Origin: Chloroflexota bacterium
GTDB taxonomy: Bacteria > Chloroflexota > UBA11872 > VXOZ01
Direction of reading: 5' to 3'
Length of the DNA: 64,000 nt
NCBI GenBank assembly: GCA_964291655.2
Contig: OZ219801.1
Location: 480,001 to 544,000, forward strand
Part shown: one piece after another, positions 38,373 to 49,074 of the stretch
Layout of the letters: each line of letters starts with the position of its first letter
Position numbering within the stretch: the first letter of the stretch is position 1
The notes under the pieces: generated by a model
Seen by the model: only the letters and a program-made list of their open reading frames with translations
Told to the model about the DNA's origin: nothing
Databases searched by the model: none
Made by a program: the position numbers and the translations under genes

Positions 38373-38648
38373 GTGAACTACGAGACAAACGCGGAAGAGC
38401 GTGACATTCTCGCTCGCTTCGAGCGGAGCGCGTTGCGTTCTGCGCCTGACGCGGAACGCGAGGTCGAGACCGCCCGTCAGGCGGCCCGCAATACCTTCAA
38501 CAAGACCAAGCGGGTGAACTTGCGCGTAACCGAGCGCGAATTCAACCTCGCTCACTCCCGCGCCCGTGAAGAGGGCATACCCTATCAGGCCCTGCTTTCC
38601 AGCGTGATTCATAGATTCCTCTCCGGTCGGCTGACCGAGAAACGCTAG
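38373..38648 (+). CDS. CopG/BrnA-like antitoxin (orphan)
   Basis: KTKRVNLRV...AREEGIPYQALLSSVIHRFLSGRL. No toxin ORF adjacent. Confidence 0.8.
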   Translation: MNYETNAEERDILARFERSALRSAPDAEREVETARQAARNTFNKTKRVNLRVTEREFNLAHSRAREEGIPYQALLSSVIHRFLSGRLTEKR

Positions 38649-38723
38649 CCCACCACCGCATCGAGTACGGCGCATAGGAGCGACACGTGTCTGATCTCAA
38701 CATCTTTGTGATTTTGGGGGTTA

Positions 38724-39881
38724 TTGGTGAAGCCTTACACTAGTCGGACTCTACTTCTGACCGTTGGAATTCTGGTCTTCTTACTCGTAGCCATTGGCTG
38801 TCAGACCGCGCCGGGGTCGATGGATGGGACGTTGGAGATTCCCTCCGGGCGGGAGCCGAATGCGGCGGTGAGTGGGACGGTGACGTATCGAGAGCGGATT
38901 GCGCTGACGCCGGGGGCGAAGCTGGTGGTGGAGTTGCGGGACGTGTCTTTGCAGGACGCCGCGGCGCCGCTCATTGCGCGGCAGACGATTGAAAGCCCCG
39001 GTCAGGTGCCGATCGCGTTCAACGTGGAGTACAACCGCGACGATATCAACTCCCGCAACACATATGCAATACAAGCCAAAATCATCGAATCTGACGGCCG
39101 GCTCGCCTTCATCAACGATACCGCCTATGACGTCATCACTCGCGGCAATCCCACTACGGTCGACATGCTCCTGGTATTGGTGGAGCCGCCGCCCGATCAG
39201 GTAGAGGAAGGGCAGGACTGGCGCAGGTGGGTGGAGGCGCCGGCGCCGATACTTTGGGCCAACCTGATACCGAACGAAGCCGATCCCTTCCTGCGAATAG
39301 CCTATCACCAGTCAACCATCGAGGGCTGCGCCCGTCCCGGCAATGAGGGACTGAGCGTTGCGGGCACCGACATCATTGCCCGGGTTACGTTGATGCAGCC
39401 GCCGCCGACCTCGTGGGCCATTCCGTGCCACGAGCAGGTGGTGGAACTCGACACGGTGTTACCGGTTGATGTCGCTCTCGAACCGGAGCAGACCTATCGC
39501 GTCATAGTCAACGATCAAGTAACGACGACGTTTTCTCTGCCGAGGGTAGGCTTCCCCGCCTCGGAACTTCGAGAATCGCCGATTGAGCACACAGAGATCG
39601 AAGTGCTAGAGCGCACGCCGACAGAGTACCAATTGCGCGTCGTTTCCGGCATGCCCAGCGGCAGTTGCTCGCACTTCAACGGGTTCGAAATCTGGCGGGA
39701 CAACTCCAACGCGATTGACGTCCGCATCACCCATCACTACGTCGTGGAAGAAGAGGTCGTCTGCACAATGGACTACCCCATTGTCGAGACCATCGTGCCC
39801 TTAGGTTCCGAGTTTGAGCAAGGTGTGGAATACACCCTTACCGTAAACGGCGAGAACAGTCAGTCCTTCGTTGCGCGCTAG
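38724..39881 (+). CDS. YbaY-family lipoprotein with two additional Ig-like domains
   Basis: Lipobox VAIGC. VSGTVTYRERIALTPGA.LVVELRDVSLQDA, GQVPIAF. Two Cys-paired beta domains ending YRVIVN and YTLTVNG. Confidence 0.85.
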   Translation: MVKPYTSRTLLLTVGILVFLLVAIGCQTAPGSMDGTLEIPSGREPNAAVSGTVTYRERIALTPGAKLVVELRDVSLQDAAAPLIARQTIESPGQVPIAFNVEYNRDDINSRNTYAIQAKIIESDGRLAFINDTAYDVITRGNPTTVDMLLVLVEPPPDQVEEGQDWRRWVEAPAPILWANLIPNEADPFLRIAYHQSTIEGCARPGNEGLSVAGTDIIARVTLMQPPPTSWAIPCHEQVVELDTVLPVDVALEPEQTYRVIVNDQVTTTFSLPRVGFPASELRESPIEHTEIEVLERTPTEYQLRVVSGMPSGSCSHFNGFEIWRDNSNAIDVRITHHYVVEEEVVCTMDYPIVETIVPLGSEFEQGVEYTLTVNGENSQSFVAR

Positions 39882-40271
39882 CCGCACGCTTTAGATTCGC
39901 AGATGTCCTCCCGGTCCAGACTTATAGAGCATGCTGACGCGGACCGCGGGTCTCTGTCGGCAGTGCTCGACCTGCAAGGCGCGACTTTTCCTGCAGGAAC
40001 AGCGCAGCCATTGCTGTTTCGCCCACGCGCTAGGCAAACTACTCCGTTTCACCTGCTGAAGAGACGAGCAAGGGCCTGAATGAGTATAATCAAGCTAGAT
40101 CGTGTCAGCTCGACCCCCAAATCCGTACGCGCACCGTGCAACTGCGTCCAATCCGCTGTCCGGCCCGTCGCCAAGTGAAACATCCGCCTTTTGGTCGCTC
40201 CGTCCCACGTGATAGCCAAGTAGTGAAGCCAGCCGTTAAGCAGCCCCGTTTGCCGGGGCATTGGAGGACTC

Positions 40272-40862
40272 ATGACTGATCTCTCCCAGCACCCGGAACT
40301 CTATGTGCGCCAGGAAATCGAGCACCTGGAAGTCTTTTCGGGCCTGGAGACCCAGAACCGCTACAGCGTGAGAACACCCGGTGGAGAACAACTCCTCTAT
40401 GCCTTCGAAGAGTCGGGACTGCTGGGGCGCAACGTCCTCAGCTCCCACCGACCTCTGACAATCCACGTAGTGGACCGGAACAATACGGAAGTCATCAATG
40501 CCAGCCGGAGCTTCTTCTGGTTCCTCTCCCACCTGCACGTCAGCGACGGCGCGGGCCGGCGCATCGGCTCGATGCAGCGGCGCTTCTCATTCCTCACGCG
40601 CAAATTCGACTTGATGGATGCAACCGGCAGCGTAGTCGCGGAAATGCGCGGGCCAATCTTCCGCCCCTTCACCTTCATGGTCTACCAGCAGGGACAGGAA
40701 ATCGGCCGCGTAACGAAGCAGTGGAGCGGCTTAGGCCGGGAGGCCTTCACCGACGCCGACACGTTCAAAGTGGAGGTGGACACCAGCCGCACCGACCAGG
40801 AATTCTCACTGCTCATGCTCGCCAGCGCGATCTCAATCGATTTAGATTTTTTCGAGAAGTAA
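40272..40862 (+). CDS. Phospholipid scramblase/LURP-one-like protein
   Basis: GLETQNRY, IGRVTKQWSGLGREAFTDADTF, ISIDLDFFE. RBS GGAGG. Confidence 0.9.
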   Translation: MTDLSQHPELYVRQEIEHLEVFSGLETQNRYSVRTPGGEQLLYAFEESGLLGRNVLSSHRPLTIHVVDRNNTEVINASRSFFWFLSHLHVSDGAGRRIGSMQRRFSFLTRKFDLMDATGSVVAEMRGPIFRPFTFMVYQQGQEIGRVTKQWSGLGREAFTDADTFKVEVDTSRTDQEFSLLMLASAISIDLDFFEK

Positions 40863-41285
40863 CTGGGGCAATGGCATTAGGGCCAACAAGCAGTACTTTT
40901 TCTCTTACAGGGCTACCTGCGTTGGGAAGGGAATTCATAGCCGCAATTTTCCTGAGAGATAGCAAGCGGTCATTCTTCTCCGCTTGCCAGACCCGGCGTC
41001 AAGGAACAGCTGCGGAGCTAGGCCACTCAAGAGTAAGCGCAGCGCCAGGCTAACACTGAAGAGGTGGACTAGCTCAGCCCGAGATTAACAGCAGTCAAGC
41101 TGTTGGTCTGTCGCCCTAATTTGCCCAGACCGATCATGGTTAGGAGACACCAGCAGGACCCAAGAGTTGTCCTATTCAGAGTGTTGCCAAACTGAGGCGT
41201 GGCGGTGCTGTGAAGTGCCGGTTTCGCACTCTTTAGAAACCGCAGTTAGTTGACGCACCACTCTCACTCTAAGCGCTAAGGCAAA

Positions 41286-42107
41286 CTACGGTTTTGTGCC
41301 CATGCATTCGCCAAAGGCAAACGCCGCCATGCCCCCCGGCGTGTCTCTCCATTCTTCGAGGTCATTGCGCCATTCGTCAAACTGCTCGCGCGTAGCCAAG
41401 CCGTACTTCGTAGCGGCATCCACCACCTCGGGCGCGTGAAACCAGTCCAGCACAAACTGAAAGAAGAAGCCAGTATCTGCAGGAGTTCCAAACGAGTCGT
41501 ATGAAGCGGCTGCCTTCACGTCACTAAAGCCGGCACCGAGGAAATGAGCGCGTAGCTCCTTGCCAATTTCAGGGTGACCGCCGTTGCCCGCGAGCAATCG
41601 CGCAAATGTGTTCCAGGCAGGCCGCGTCTTTTCTTCCCCGGGCTCGATGAACGAAGACGAGACGATGAGTTCGCGGCTGAACAGGAGACCGCCCGTTTTC
41701 AAGACCCGTTTCGCGTCATTGAGGGCGGCGGCAGTGTTTGGGACGTGCGTGAGCAGCGTGTGACAAAATGCCACGTCAAAGTAGCCATCTTTAAACGGAA
41801 GCTTAGTTGCGTCACCTACATGGAACGTTGCGTTGTCGTGACCGCCCGCTTGGGCCGCTGACCGGGCAATGGCAATTTGAGACTCCTCCATGTCGATTCC
41901 GTGAAACTCGCCCGGCTCTACCGCTTTGGCTAGACCAACGGAGATGGTGCCCGGCCCGCAGCCAAAGTCTAAGAGACGTTGACCCGACCTGAGGTGAGGA
42001 AGCAGCCCGGCTGCATTCGTCTGCGCACTTCGTTTGTCCAGAAGCTGCAAGAACTCCTCACCATACCCCATCGTGTAGCCAGGATCAGCATGTGTTTGGT
42101 CGGACAT
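41286..42107 (-). CDS. Class I SAM-dependent methyltransferase
   Basis: LLDFGCGPG, GDATKLPFKDGYFD, KRVLKTGG. Confidence 0.93.
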   Translation of the reverse strand: MSDQTHADPGYTMGYGEEFLQLLDKRSAQTNAAGLLPHLRSGQRLLDFGCGPGTISVGLAKAVEPGEFHGIDMEESQIAIARSAAQAGGHDNATFHVGDATKLPFKDGYFDVAFCHTLLTHVPNTAAALNDAKRVLKTGGLLFSRELIVSSSFIEPGEEKTRPAWNTFARLLAGNGGHPEIGKELRAHFLGAGFSDVKAAASYDSFGTPADTGFFFQFVLDWFHAPEVVDAATKYGLATREQFDEWRNDLEEWRDTPGGMAAFAFGECMGTKP

Positions 42108-42612
42108 TGCGCGTACTCCTTTGTCGCTAGGTCTAGCTAGTGCGTCCTTGCACAGAGTCTAGGTACGTATATTTCAATGTTAGGTTTCAATCCTGAATCT
42201 GTCTATGCGCAAATGGCGACGGGTACATCTCCAAGAGGGGCCCGCTTTACTCATCGTGAAGGCAGCGAAGCAACCCGGGTGACAGCGTCATGCAATTGGC
42301 AGTTTAAACTATCCTTAGAGAAAGGCTCAGCGATGACCGACACTAAGATCACCTTGCAAACCACTTCGCCAGGGCAATAAGAATGCGGTAGACTGAATCG
42401 TAGAGAGCGCACGCAACTTCCAGGCCTGTGCGTCCCGAGTTCGTGCCTCAATCTCTAGTGGTTTGCGGTTTGTGGGAACAAGACTCAGACTTGGAATTGG
42501 TTGCCGTTCCCGCACCGCGACCGGCGCGAACGCTTGTTCAAACAGCCACATCTGAGGTGCGCATCTACAGAAGTTTCTTGACCGCACGTGACAGCGCAAA
42601 TCGGAGGAAATT

Positions 42613-43035
42613 ATGCCGCTAAACGTCTACTTGGTCTTTACAGACACTTGCCGCGAGGCTTTTGACTTCTACAAGTCTGTGTTTGGAGGCGAGTATGTGG
42701 CTATTATGACATTCGCTGACGGACCTGAAGACATGGAGGTCTTGGAGTCCGATCGGGATAGAATCATGCACGTGACACTGTCGTTCGACGACTGCATCCT
42801 CATGGGCAGCGACACTCCCTCCAATTTTCCCCAGCAGCTCAATCCCGGCAATAACTTCTCCCTTTCCTATAGGTGTCCGAGCAGAGAGAAGGCGGATGAA
42901 TTGTTTGCCAAGCTATCGGAAGACGGATCAGCCAACATGCCAATGCAAGAGACCTTCTGGGGCTCCTACTTTGGCTTCTGCACTGACAAGTTTGGCATCA
43001 ACTGGCAGATCGATTTCGATCTTTCGGAAGAGTAA
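42613..43035 (+). CDS. VOC/PhnB-like protein
   Basis: EAFDFYKSVFGG, IMH, LMGSD, MPMQETFWG, DKFGINW. RBS GGAGG. Confidence 0.93.
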   Translation: MPLNVYLVFTDTCREAFDFYKSVFGGEYVAIMTFADGPEDMEVLESDRDRIMHVTLSFDDCILMGSDTPSNFPQQLNPGNNFSLSYRCPSREKADELFAKLSEDGSANMPMQETFWGSYFGFCTDKFGINWQIDFDLSEE

Positions 43036-43299
43036 CGTGGAGAGAGCTGGATGTTCGGCAGCCACCACACTGGGGAACGGCCTGGTGAACGTGCAAAGTC
43101 AGCTAACGCATCAGTGGATTCCGAAATCTGCCAGTATGGGCACGTTCTTTACACTTCACGCTGCTGGGCAGGTCTTGTAGCGTGACACTCCGGCCACTGG
43201 TTGACCATGGGGCTAACCAAGCAAACTGGATCCATCTCGTTGACGGATTGTTATTCCAACCCGAGAGCTCATCTAACGGGAAAGTAGGCACAGCTCATC

Positions 43300-43580
43300 T
43301 GGAAAGGCTCTTGCTGAACTTGGCATTGCCTTGACGCTCGCCCTTTCCGGTTGCACGGTCGGTGGCGAGGCGGGCGAGCATGAATGTGGGTCAGGGTTCT
43401 CTGAGGAAGACGAAGAACCCAATGTCCAATTGGAATTGGACGATTCCTTCGATGCAGGTTGAACCGGCCGGAGGCCGGCCCTATCCTATGATGCCGACTC
43501 CAGGACATTCATCGGTAAAGTAACTAACTCCACCGACGCCACGCTGCGGCGGGTGCGCGTAGAAGTGCTGAGAAAAGAGC
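43300..43580 (+). pseudogene. Degraded lipoprotein gene
   Basis: One frame reads LGIALTLALSGC...SEEDEEPNVQLELDDSFDAG*TGRRPALSYDADSRTFIGKVTNSTDATLRRVRVEV. In-frame TGA at 43460, no start codon. Confidence 0.5.
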
Positions 43581-43745
43581 GAATTGGGGGAGTGAGCCTT
43601 GTCGGTCACAGCAGGCCGCAAACGCCGCCGGTACGTCTCCAGTCTCGACTCCCAAGCAGGGAATTGTACGTCCTTCAAAGCGTTCGTAAACAAGCCATGA
43701 ATTTGCATATCAACCCAGGACCACTCACCCTATTGAATAATCGCT

Positions 43746-45890
43746 ATGGATAAAAAGCACTCAGTAAGCCGACGCGCGTTGCTGGCCGGCGGAGCCGCAC
43801 TTACTTTGGCCGCGTGCGGCGGGCCGCCCCGTGGACGCGACCCACTCGATTCTGTCCATCAGGGCTTGGCCGCCGCACCGCTGCCACCCCCTTGGAAACC
43901 CATCGTCGTGCGGGGCACGGCGGTCGAGGTTGCCGGCCATCGTTACCGGTTTGACGCAGGCCCGCTCCCGACCAGTCTCGAAGTGAATGGCGCCGAGCTG
44001 CTCTTCGATGCGATGAAGTTGGACATCCGCGTGCAAGACGAGTTGCTTGTCTGGCAGCGGGCACGCACCATCTCGATTGACGCAGCGGAAGTAGAACTGC
44101 TTGCCCGGGGTAACGCCGGCGATTTGATAGCGCAGACGCGCGTCACTGTGAGTTACGACGGGGCATGCCGAATTCGGGTCAGCCTGATACCTCAGGGCGT
44201 CATCACCATAGACTCCATCCTGCTGGATGTCCCCATTCTTCGCACAGAGACGACCCACTACGCGCATCACGTGCTCGGAGCGGATACCATCACGTACTCC
44301 TGGGAGGAAATCGCCGGCGCTCCACAAGCCCAGTGGGGAGGCGGACGCGTTCCCGACAACGGCTGGTCCGGTGACATCACGCCGTTCTATTGGGTAGGAA
44401 ATCCGGACCGGGGCATCGTCTGGTTTACCGACACAATCATTGGACCGCAGCACGAGGGAGCGGTTGCGCAAGTGCAATTGCGGCCGGTAGCGGGAGCGAT
44501 GCGCCTCCTTGTGGAACTCATCACCGGCCCGCTCGACATGCCCAACACGGTGCACCTCGACTTTGGCTTGCAGCCCACTCCAATGCGGCCTACTGCTGCC
44601 CCGCAGAGTCCCGTTCGGCCGGTGCGTTTCCAGTGGTCGGCGGAGGGAAGCCGTTTGGCCGCTGAGCAACTAAATCGCACCCCGGCTGATACACAGAAGG
44701 ACCTGGAGTCTCTGCGGGATCGGGGAGCGACGGCTCTCGTTCTGCGGCAAGGCTGGTCGGACATTCCGGGCTTTCCCATTTTGGAGAGCTCAGAGGACAA
44801 GCGCGCGTTTCGTGAAATAGTAGACCTTACCCACGATGCCGGATTAAAGATCATCCCTGAGATCTCCGTTCTTCAGCTCTCAGATAGAGTCCCCGGGGCG
44901 AAAAAGATCTTAGAAGACATGCCCCTCCCAATAGGGAACATAGTTGCGAACATATCGCCATTGGAGCGGATATACCCGCTGTTTCACACAGATGCCACCG
45001 TTTCGTTATTCGAAGACGCTGTCCGTGAATTTGCCACCGAGTTTCCGATAGATGGTGTGCACGTAACCATGGCTGCACCTGCGGTGAGGCTCCTTGATCA
45101 GAACGAGAGTGTGCCGGGAGCCGTAGCCGCTCTGGACCTCCACGCGCGGCGCGAATTGCTGAAACGTTTGTATGCGCTCTTCCACGGCGGGCTTCGCGAA
45201 AACGATGAGGACGGCATCGTGATTGCCCACTCGCTAATTCCCTGGAGCATGGTGCACGGCTTTGCCGATCTGGCCGTCACGGGACTCTTTCTCTACCAAA
45301 CGATCGCGTCCCGCCGGCTCAGCGACGAGGCGTTGTCTGAGCGCTGGCAGCCCGATCTCGTGCCCTATCTCTACGGCGACGTGCTCCATCAAGTGCCCAC
45401 CCTCTGGCAGGTTTTCGCGGCGGACGCTCTGTTCCCCAGCATTGTAGAAAGCTACGCACGCGAGGACTTGATAACCGACCAGGAGCTGTTCGGCCTGGCG
45501 GCGGTGCACAATACGTCGCTTTGGCCGGAGGAACTCACACCTACCGCTTCCTTTGAAAACCTTGCTCGCTTGGAGCAATTGCGGTCAAGCCTTGGCTTTG
45601 GCGATGCAGCATGGCACCCGTACTGGGAACGCCGACAGCAGCTTATCGTCCAGCCGACCAGTACGTACTTCGGCTATTGGCAAAGCGCTTCCGGGGCAAT
45701 CCTGCTGCTCGTGCTCAATGGGGCTGACGACGAGCAGGACATCCTGATAGAGATGCCGTCTGCCACGTCCGGGAGCGTGTCAAGGCTCTCCGTAGAGGAA
45801 GTGTGGAGCGGTGGGCCCGTTCGTACGAGGGACAACCTGATTATCACGACGCTAGGACGTTCACAACTGGCAGCCCTGCATATCCAGTGA
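43746..45890 (+). CDS. Tat-exported lipoprotein, putative glycoside-hydrolase-like (beta-sandwich plus TIM barrel)
   Basis: SRRALL twin-arginine motif and LAAC lipobox. WVGNPDRGIVWF, FGLQPTPMRP, HDAGLKII, IDGVHV, WHPYWE. Confidence 0.6.
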   Translation: MDKKHSVSRRALLAGGAALTLAACGGPPRGRDPLDSVHQGLAAAPLPPPWKPIVVRGTAVEVAGHRYRFDAGPLPTSLEVNGAELLFDAMKLDIRVQDELLVWQRARTISIDAAEVELLARGNAGDLIAQTRVTVSYDGACRIRVSLIPQGVITIDSILLDVPILRTETTHYAHHVLGADTITYSWEEIAGAPQAQWGGGRVPDNGWSGDITPFYWVGNPDRGIVWFTDTIIGPQHEGAVAQVQLRPVAGAMRLLVELITGPLDMPNTVHLDFGLQPTPMRPTAAPQSPVRPVRFQWSAEGSRLAAEQLNRTPADTQKDLESLRDRGATALVLRQGWSDIPGFPILESSEDKRAFREIVDLTHDAGLKIIPEISVLQLSDRVPGAKKILEDMPLPIGNIVANISPLERIYPLFHTDATVSLFEDAVREFATEFPIDGVHVTMAAPAVRLLDQNESVPGAVAALDLHARRELLKRLYALFHGGLRENDEDGIVIAHSLIPWSMVHGFADLAVTGLFLYQTIASRRLSDEALSERWQPDLVPYLYGDVLHQVPTLWQVFAADALFPSIVESYAREDLITDQELFGLAAVHNTSLWPEELTPTASFENLARLEQLRSSLGFGDAAWHPYWERRQQLIVQPTSTYFGYWQSASGAILLLVLNGADDEQDILIEMPSATSGSVSRLSVEEVWSGGPVRTRDNLIITTLGRSQLAALHIQ

Positions 45891-46036
45891 GGCTAACAGG
45901 CATAGAGCCAATCAAGAGCCGTGGACGAATTCTCATGCGGCAAGGCTCTAGCTAAGAAGACGGACTTCGCATGCCATAGCCGGACACTGGCGCCGCGCCT
46001 GCTGCCTTCGGTCATACCGACTCAACAGACCTCAAA

Positions 46037-46816
46037 TTACGTCCCGGCACGTGCAACTGATGCATCGCGCGTCTGGGCGGAGAGAGCGACGAAGTCCTCG
46101 GCATTCAGACTCGCGCCGCCAACCAAGCCACCATCCACGTCCGGCTGGGCAATGATTTCGGGCCATACGTTAGGATTGATGCTGCCGCCGTAGAGGATTC
46201 GAATGTCCTCCGCGATGGAAGCATCGAATTCACGCCCAACCACAGCGCGCACGAGACCAATCGTCGCGTTGGCCTCCTCCGGCGCCGCGGCGCGACCGGT
46301 GCCAATGGCCCATATCGGCTCATAGGCCAGAATGGCTGACGCGGCTTGCTGTGATGACAACCCTGAGAGCGCTCGTGTGGTTTGGCGGTCGAGTACTTCC
46401 TGTGTCATGCCTGCTTGGTTCTCGGCATCAGTCTCCCCTACACAAACAATGGGGGTCAAGCCGTGGGCGATCGCCGCGATGACCTTCCGGTTCACCATTG
46501 TGTCGGTCTCGCCAAAGTGACTGCGCCGCTCGGAATGGCCGAGGATGACGTGCGAACAAAGATTCTGCACCATCTGCGGGGAAATCTCGCCCGTAAAGGC
46601 CCCGGCGGACTCCCAATGCATGTTCTGCGCACCAATTGCAACTGTAGAATCCTGCAGGGCATCTCGAACGGCGGCAAGGGCCACAAAGGGCGGACAGACT
46701 ATTATGTCCACTTCAACCCGCGAGCCACATCCATCCTTCAGGTCTTTTGCCAACGCGACGGCTTCCCTGAGAGTCTTGTTCATCTTCCAGTTTCCGGCGA
46801 TGACGAATCTCCGCAT
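46037..46816 (-). CDS. tpiA: Triosephosphate isomerase
   Basis: AGNWKMN, GHSERR, AYEPIWAIGTG, LYGGS, LVGGASL. Confidence 0.99.
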   Translation of the reverse strand: MRRFVIAGNWKMNKTLREAVALAKDLKDGCGSRVEVDIIVCPPFVALAAVRDALQDSTVAIGAQNMHWESAGAFTGEISPQMVQNLCSHVILGHSERRSHFGETDTMVNRKVIAAIAHGLTPIVCVGETDAENQAGMTQEVLDRQTTRALSGLSSQQAASAILAYEPIWAIGTGRAAAPEEANATIGLVRAVVGREFDASIAEDIRILYGGSINPNVWPEIIAQPDVDGGLVGGASLNAEDFVALSAQTRDASVARAGT

Positions 46817-47084
46817 GGCAATTCCTTTACCTCGCTACGTTTGAGAGGGACGGGGCTGCGACTCTCGTCTTCCGCAGTGCTTCTGAAGTATCAAGAGTGC
46901 CCGGCTTACGCACACTTCAGGTCCGCACTTCATGGTATAGTATGAGCATATTACACCGAAGCGCTCTGATTGCGCTGCACGTGTGCCCGCATCATCGCAA
47001 GGCATCCTTCCCCTTCAGCAAAGTTATCGCTTCACCGCGCAGCCTGATCTCCGCTCTTAACTTAGGCGTCCAAGCGCCGACTAC

Positions 47085-48281
47085 GTGAAAGCAATGCCAC
47101 AGCGCCGGATTTATCTGGATTACGCCGCCACTACTCCGCTTGACCCACGGGTAGTGGCAGCAATGCTACCGTATCTCACCGACTCGTATGGCAATCCTTC
47201 CAGTTTGCACGCGACCGGACGGCGCGCCCGCCAGGCCATAGAGGACGCCCGGGAGCAACTTGCTGCCACTCTCGCATGTCAGCCGACGGAGATAATCTTC
47301 ACAAGCGGCGGCACGGAGAGTGACAATAGCGCGGTTCTGGGCATTGCCCGCGCACAGCGGACAGCCGGCCGGGGCAATCACGTCGTCACCAGCCAAATCG
47401 AGCATCACGCCGTGCTCCACGCGTGCGCACAGCTAGAAGTAGAAGGCTTCCGCGTAACCTACGTACCGGTTGACGAGCATGGGACGGTAGACCCGCTGGC
47501 AGTGGAAGCCGCGCTGCGCGACGACACGGCGCTCGTCTCGGTCATGGCAGTGAACAACGAGATCGGCGTCATCGAGCCCCTAGCGGAGATCGCGTCAATT
47601 TGCCGGGCACGGAACATCCCTGTGCATTCGGACGCAATCCAGGCGTTCGGCTATTTGCCCGTGAGTGTTGCGGATTGGGGCGTTGACGCGCTTTCACTCA
47701 CCGCCCACAAGTGCTATGGGCCAAAGGGTATTGGGTTGCTTGTATTGCGCCACGGCCTGCCGTTTCAGCCGCTGCTGGCCGGCGGCGGTCAAGAACGCGA
47801 GCAACGGCCCGGCACTGAGAACGTCGCCGCAATTGTGGGCATGGCGAAAGCGCTCCAACTCGCCCAGGACGAGCGCGCAGATCGCGTTAGCCACACCCAA
47901 GCGCTGCGAGATCGATTGGAAAAGGGGATCAAGACTCACATGCCGTGGGTACAGAAGAATGGACACTCCACCAGGCGGGTTGCCGGTATAGCGAATATCT
48001 CGTTTCCCGGCATATCAAACGAGATTCTCCTCCTGCGCATGGATCTGGCTGGGATAGACGTCTCAAACGGCGCAGCGTGCACGTCCGGCACTGTCGAACC
48101 GTCTCACGTGCTGCGTGCATTGGGAAAACCGGACGACTTGGCAACCAGCGCGCTCCGTTTCAGCATAGGCAAAGACACCACGTGCGCGGACATCGACGAT
48201 ACCTTAGAAGTCTTGCAAAGCACCATTCACGCCTTGCGCGCAGAGTCGGCAGCGTCTGTGCAGGGCAGCAGCTTGTCTTGA
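47085..48281 (+). CDS. iscS: Cysteine desulfurase (IscS/NifS family)
   Basis: IYLDYAATTP, FTSGGTE, AHKCYGPKG, RPGTEN, GAACTSG. Confidence 0.93.
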   Translation: MKAMPQRRIYLDYAATTPLDPRVVAAMLPYLTDSYGNPSSLHATGRRARQAIEDAREQLAATLACQPTEIIFTSGGTESDNSAVLGIARAQRTAGRGNHVVTSQIEHHAVLHACAQLEVEGFRVTYVPVDEHGTVDPLAVEAALRDDTALVSVMAVNNEIGVIEPLAEIASICRARNIPVHSDAIQAFGYLPVSVADWGVDALSLTAHKCYGPKGIGLLVLRHGLPFQPLLAGGGQEREQRPGTENVAAIVGMAKALQLAQDERADRVSHTQALRDRLEKGIKTHMPWVQKNGHSTRRVAGIANISFPGISNEILLLRMDLAGIDVSNGAACTSGTVEPSHVLRALGKPDDLATSALRFSIGKDTTCADIDDTLEVLQSTIHALRAESAASVQGSSLS

Positions 48282-48362
48282 GAGGGCAGGCGCCTCACTC
48301 GGCGACAATTCACGCCGGCGTCTCTTCTCTTGCGGCGTTTGCAATTACCCACGTACGCTACG

Positions 48363-48668
48363 ATGAACTTTCTTGACCTAGAGGTCCTTTCGCATACACT
48401 CGGCGACTACTTAGCCCTCGTGCCGCCGGTAATAGTCCTTGGCGTCTTATTGGGAAGCTTGGAAGCTGCTGCCTACCATGTTTTCTTTGGCCGGGGCGAC
48501 CGCACGACATTCTGGTACTTAGGAATCGGACTCGCGGGGTTCTGGCTCGGTCACGTCGCAGCCGAGTACATTGGGGCCATCTTTCCACCGGTGGGTCTTC
48601 TCCACGCCGGGGAAGCTTCGGCGGCGTGTGTTACGTTGCTCTATATTGCGGATTACGTGCGCAGTTGA
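48363..48668 (+). CDS. Small membrane protein
   Basis: Three hydrophobic segments, GLAGFWLGH motif. Confidence 0.65.
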   Translation: MNFLDLEVLSHTLGDYLALVPPVIVLGVLLGSLEAAAYHVFFGRGDRTTFWYLGIGLAGFWLGHVAAEYIGAIFPPVGLLHAGEASAACVTLLYIADYVRS

Positions 48669-48735
48669 TACAATTTTAATAGAGAACAATGGCTATGAGA
48701 CTCTAATCAGTATAGTTTAGTGCAGGAAGGCTAGT

Positions 48736-49074
48736 ATGCCCAAGAATACGGGAAGCTTCATTTTCGGATTGACATTCGGCGCGCTTTGCGGGGTAGTCAT
48801 GGCACTGCTCTTGACCCCCCAGAGCGGCGAGGAAACGCGCGAACTCCTTGGCAAGAAGACTGATGACTTTAGGAGGGGCGCGGAAGACGCAGTCGAGCGC
48901 GCGCGTGAGAGTACCGCCGGCATTGTGGATCGTGGCCGCAGCTTTGCGGAAGACGCGCAGACTCGTCTCCACGCCATTCACGGCACTCAGCAGCCCGCGC
49001 CTGAGCAGGAAACCGCACCGGAGCCACAGCCCACACCCGAGCAGCAGCCGGAACGCGTGCAGCCCCAGGTCTAG
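48736..49074 (+). CDS. YtxH-domain protein
   Basis: FIFGLTFGALCG..ALLLTPQSGEETRE. Confidence 0.88.
   Translation: MPKNTGSFIFGLTFGALCGVVMALLLTPQSGEETRELLGKKTDDFRRGAEDAVERARESTAGIVDRGRSFAEDAQTRLHAIHGTQQPAPEQETAPEPQPTPEQQPERVQPQV

Noticed and set aside
43761-44669. 302-aa minus-strand ORF
   Set aside because: Lies opposite the Tat lipoprotein and has no motifs.
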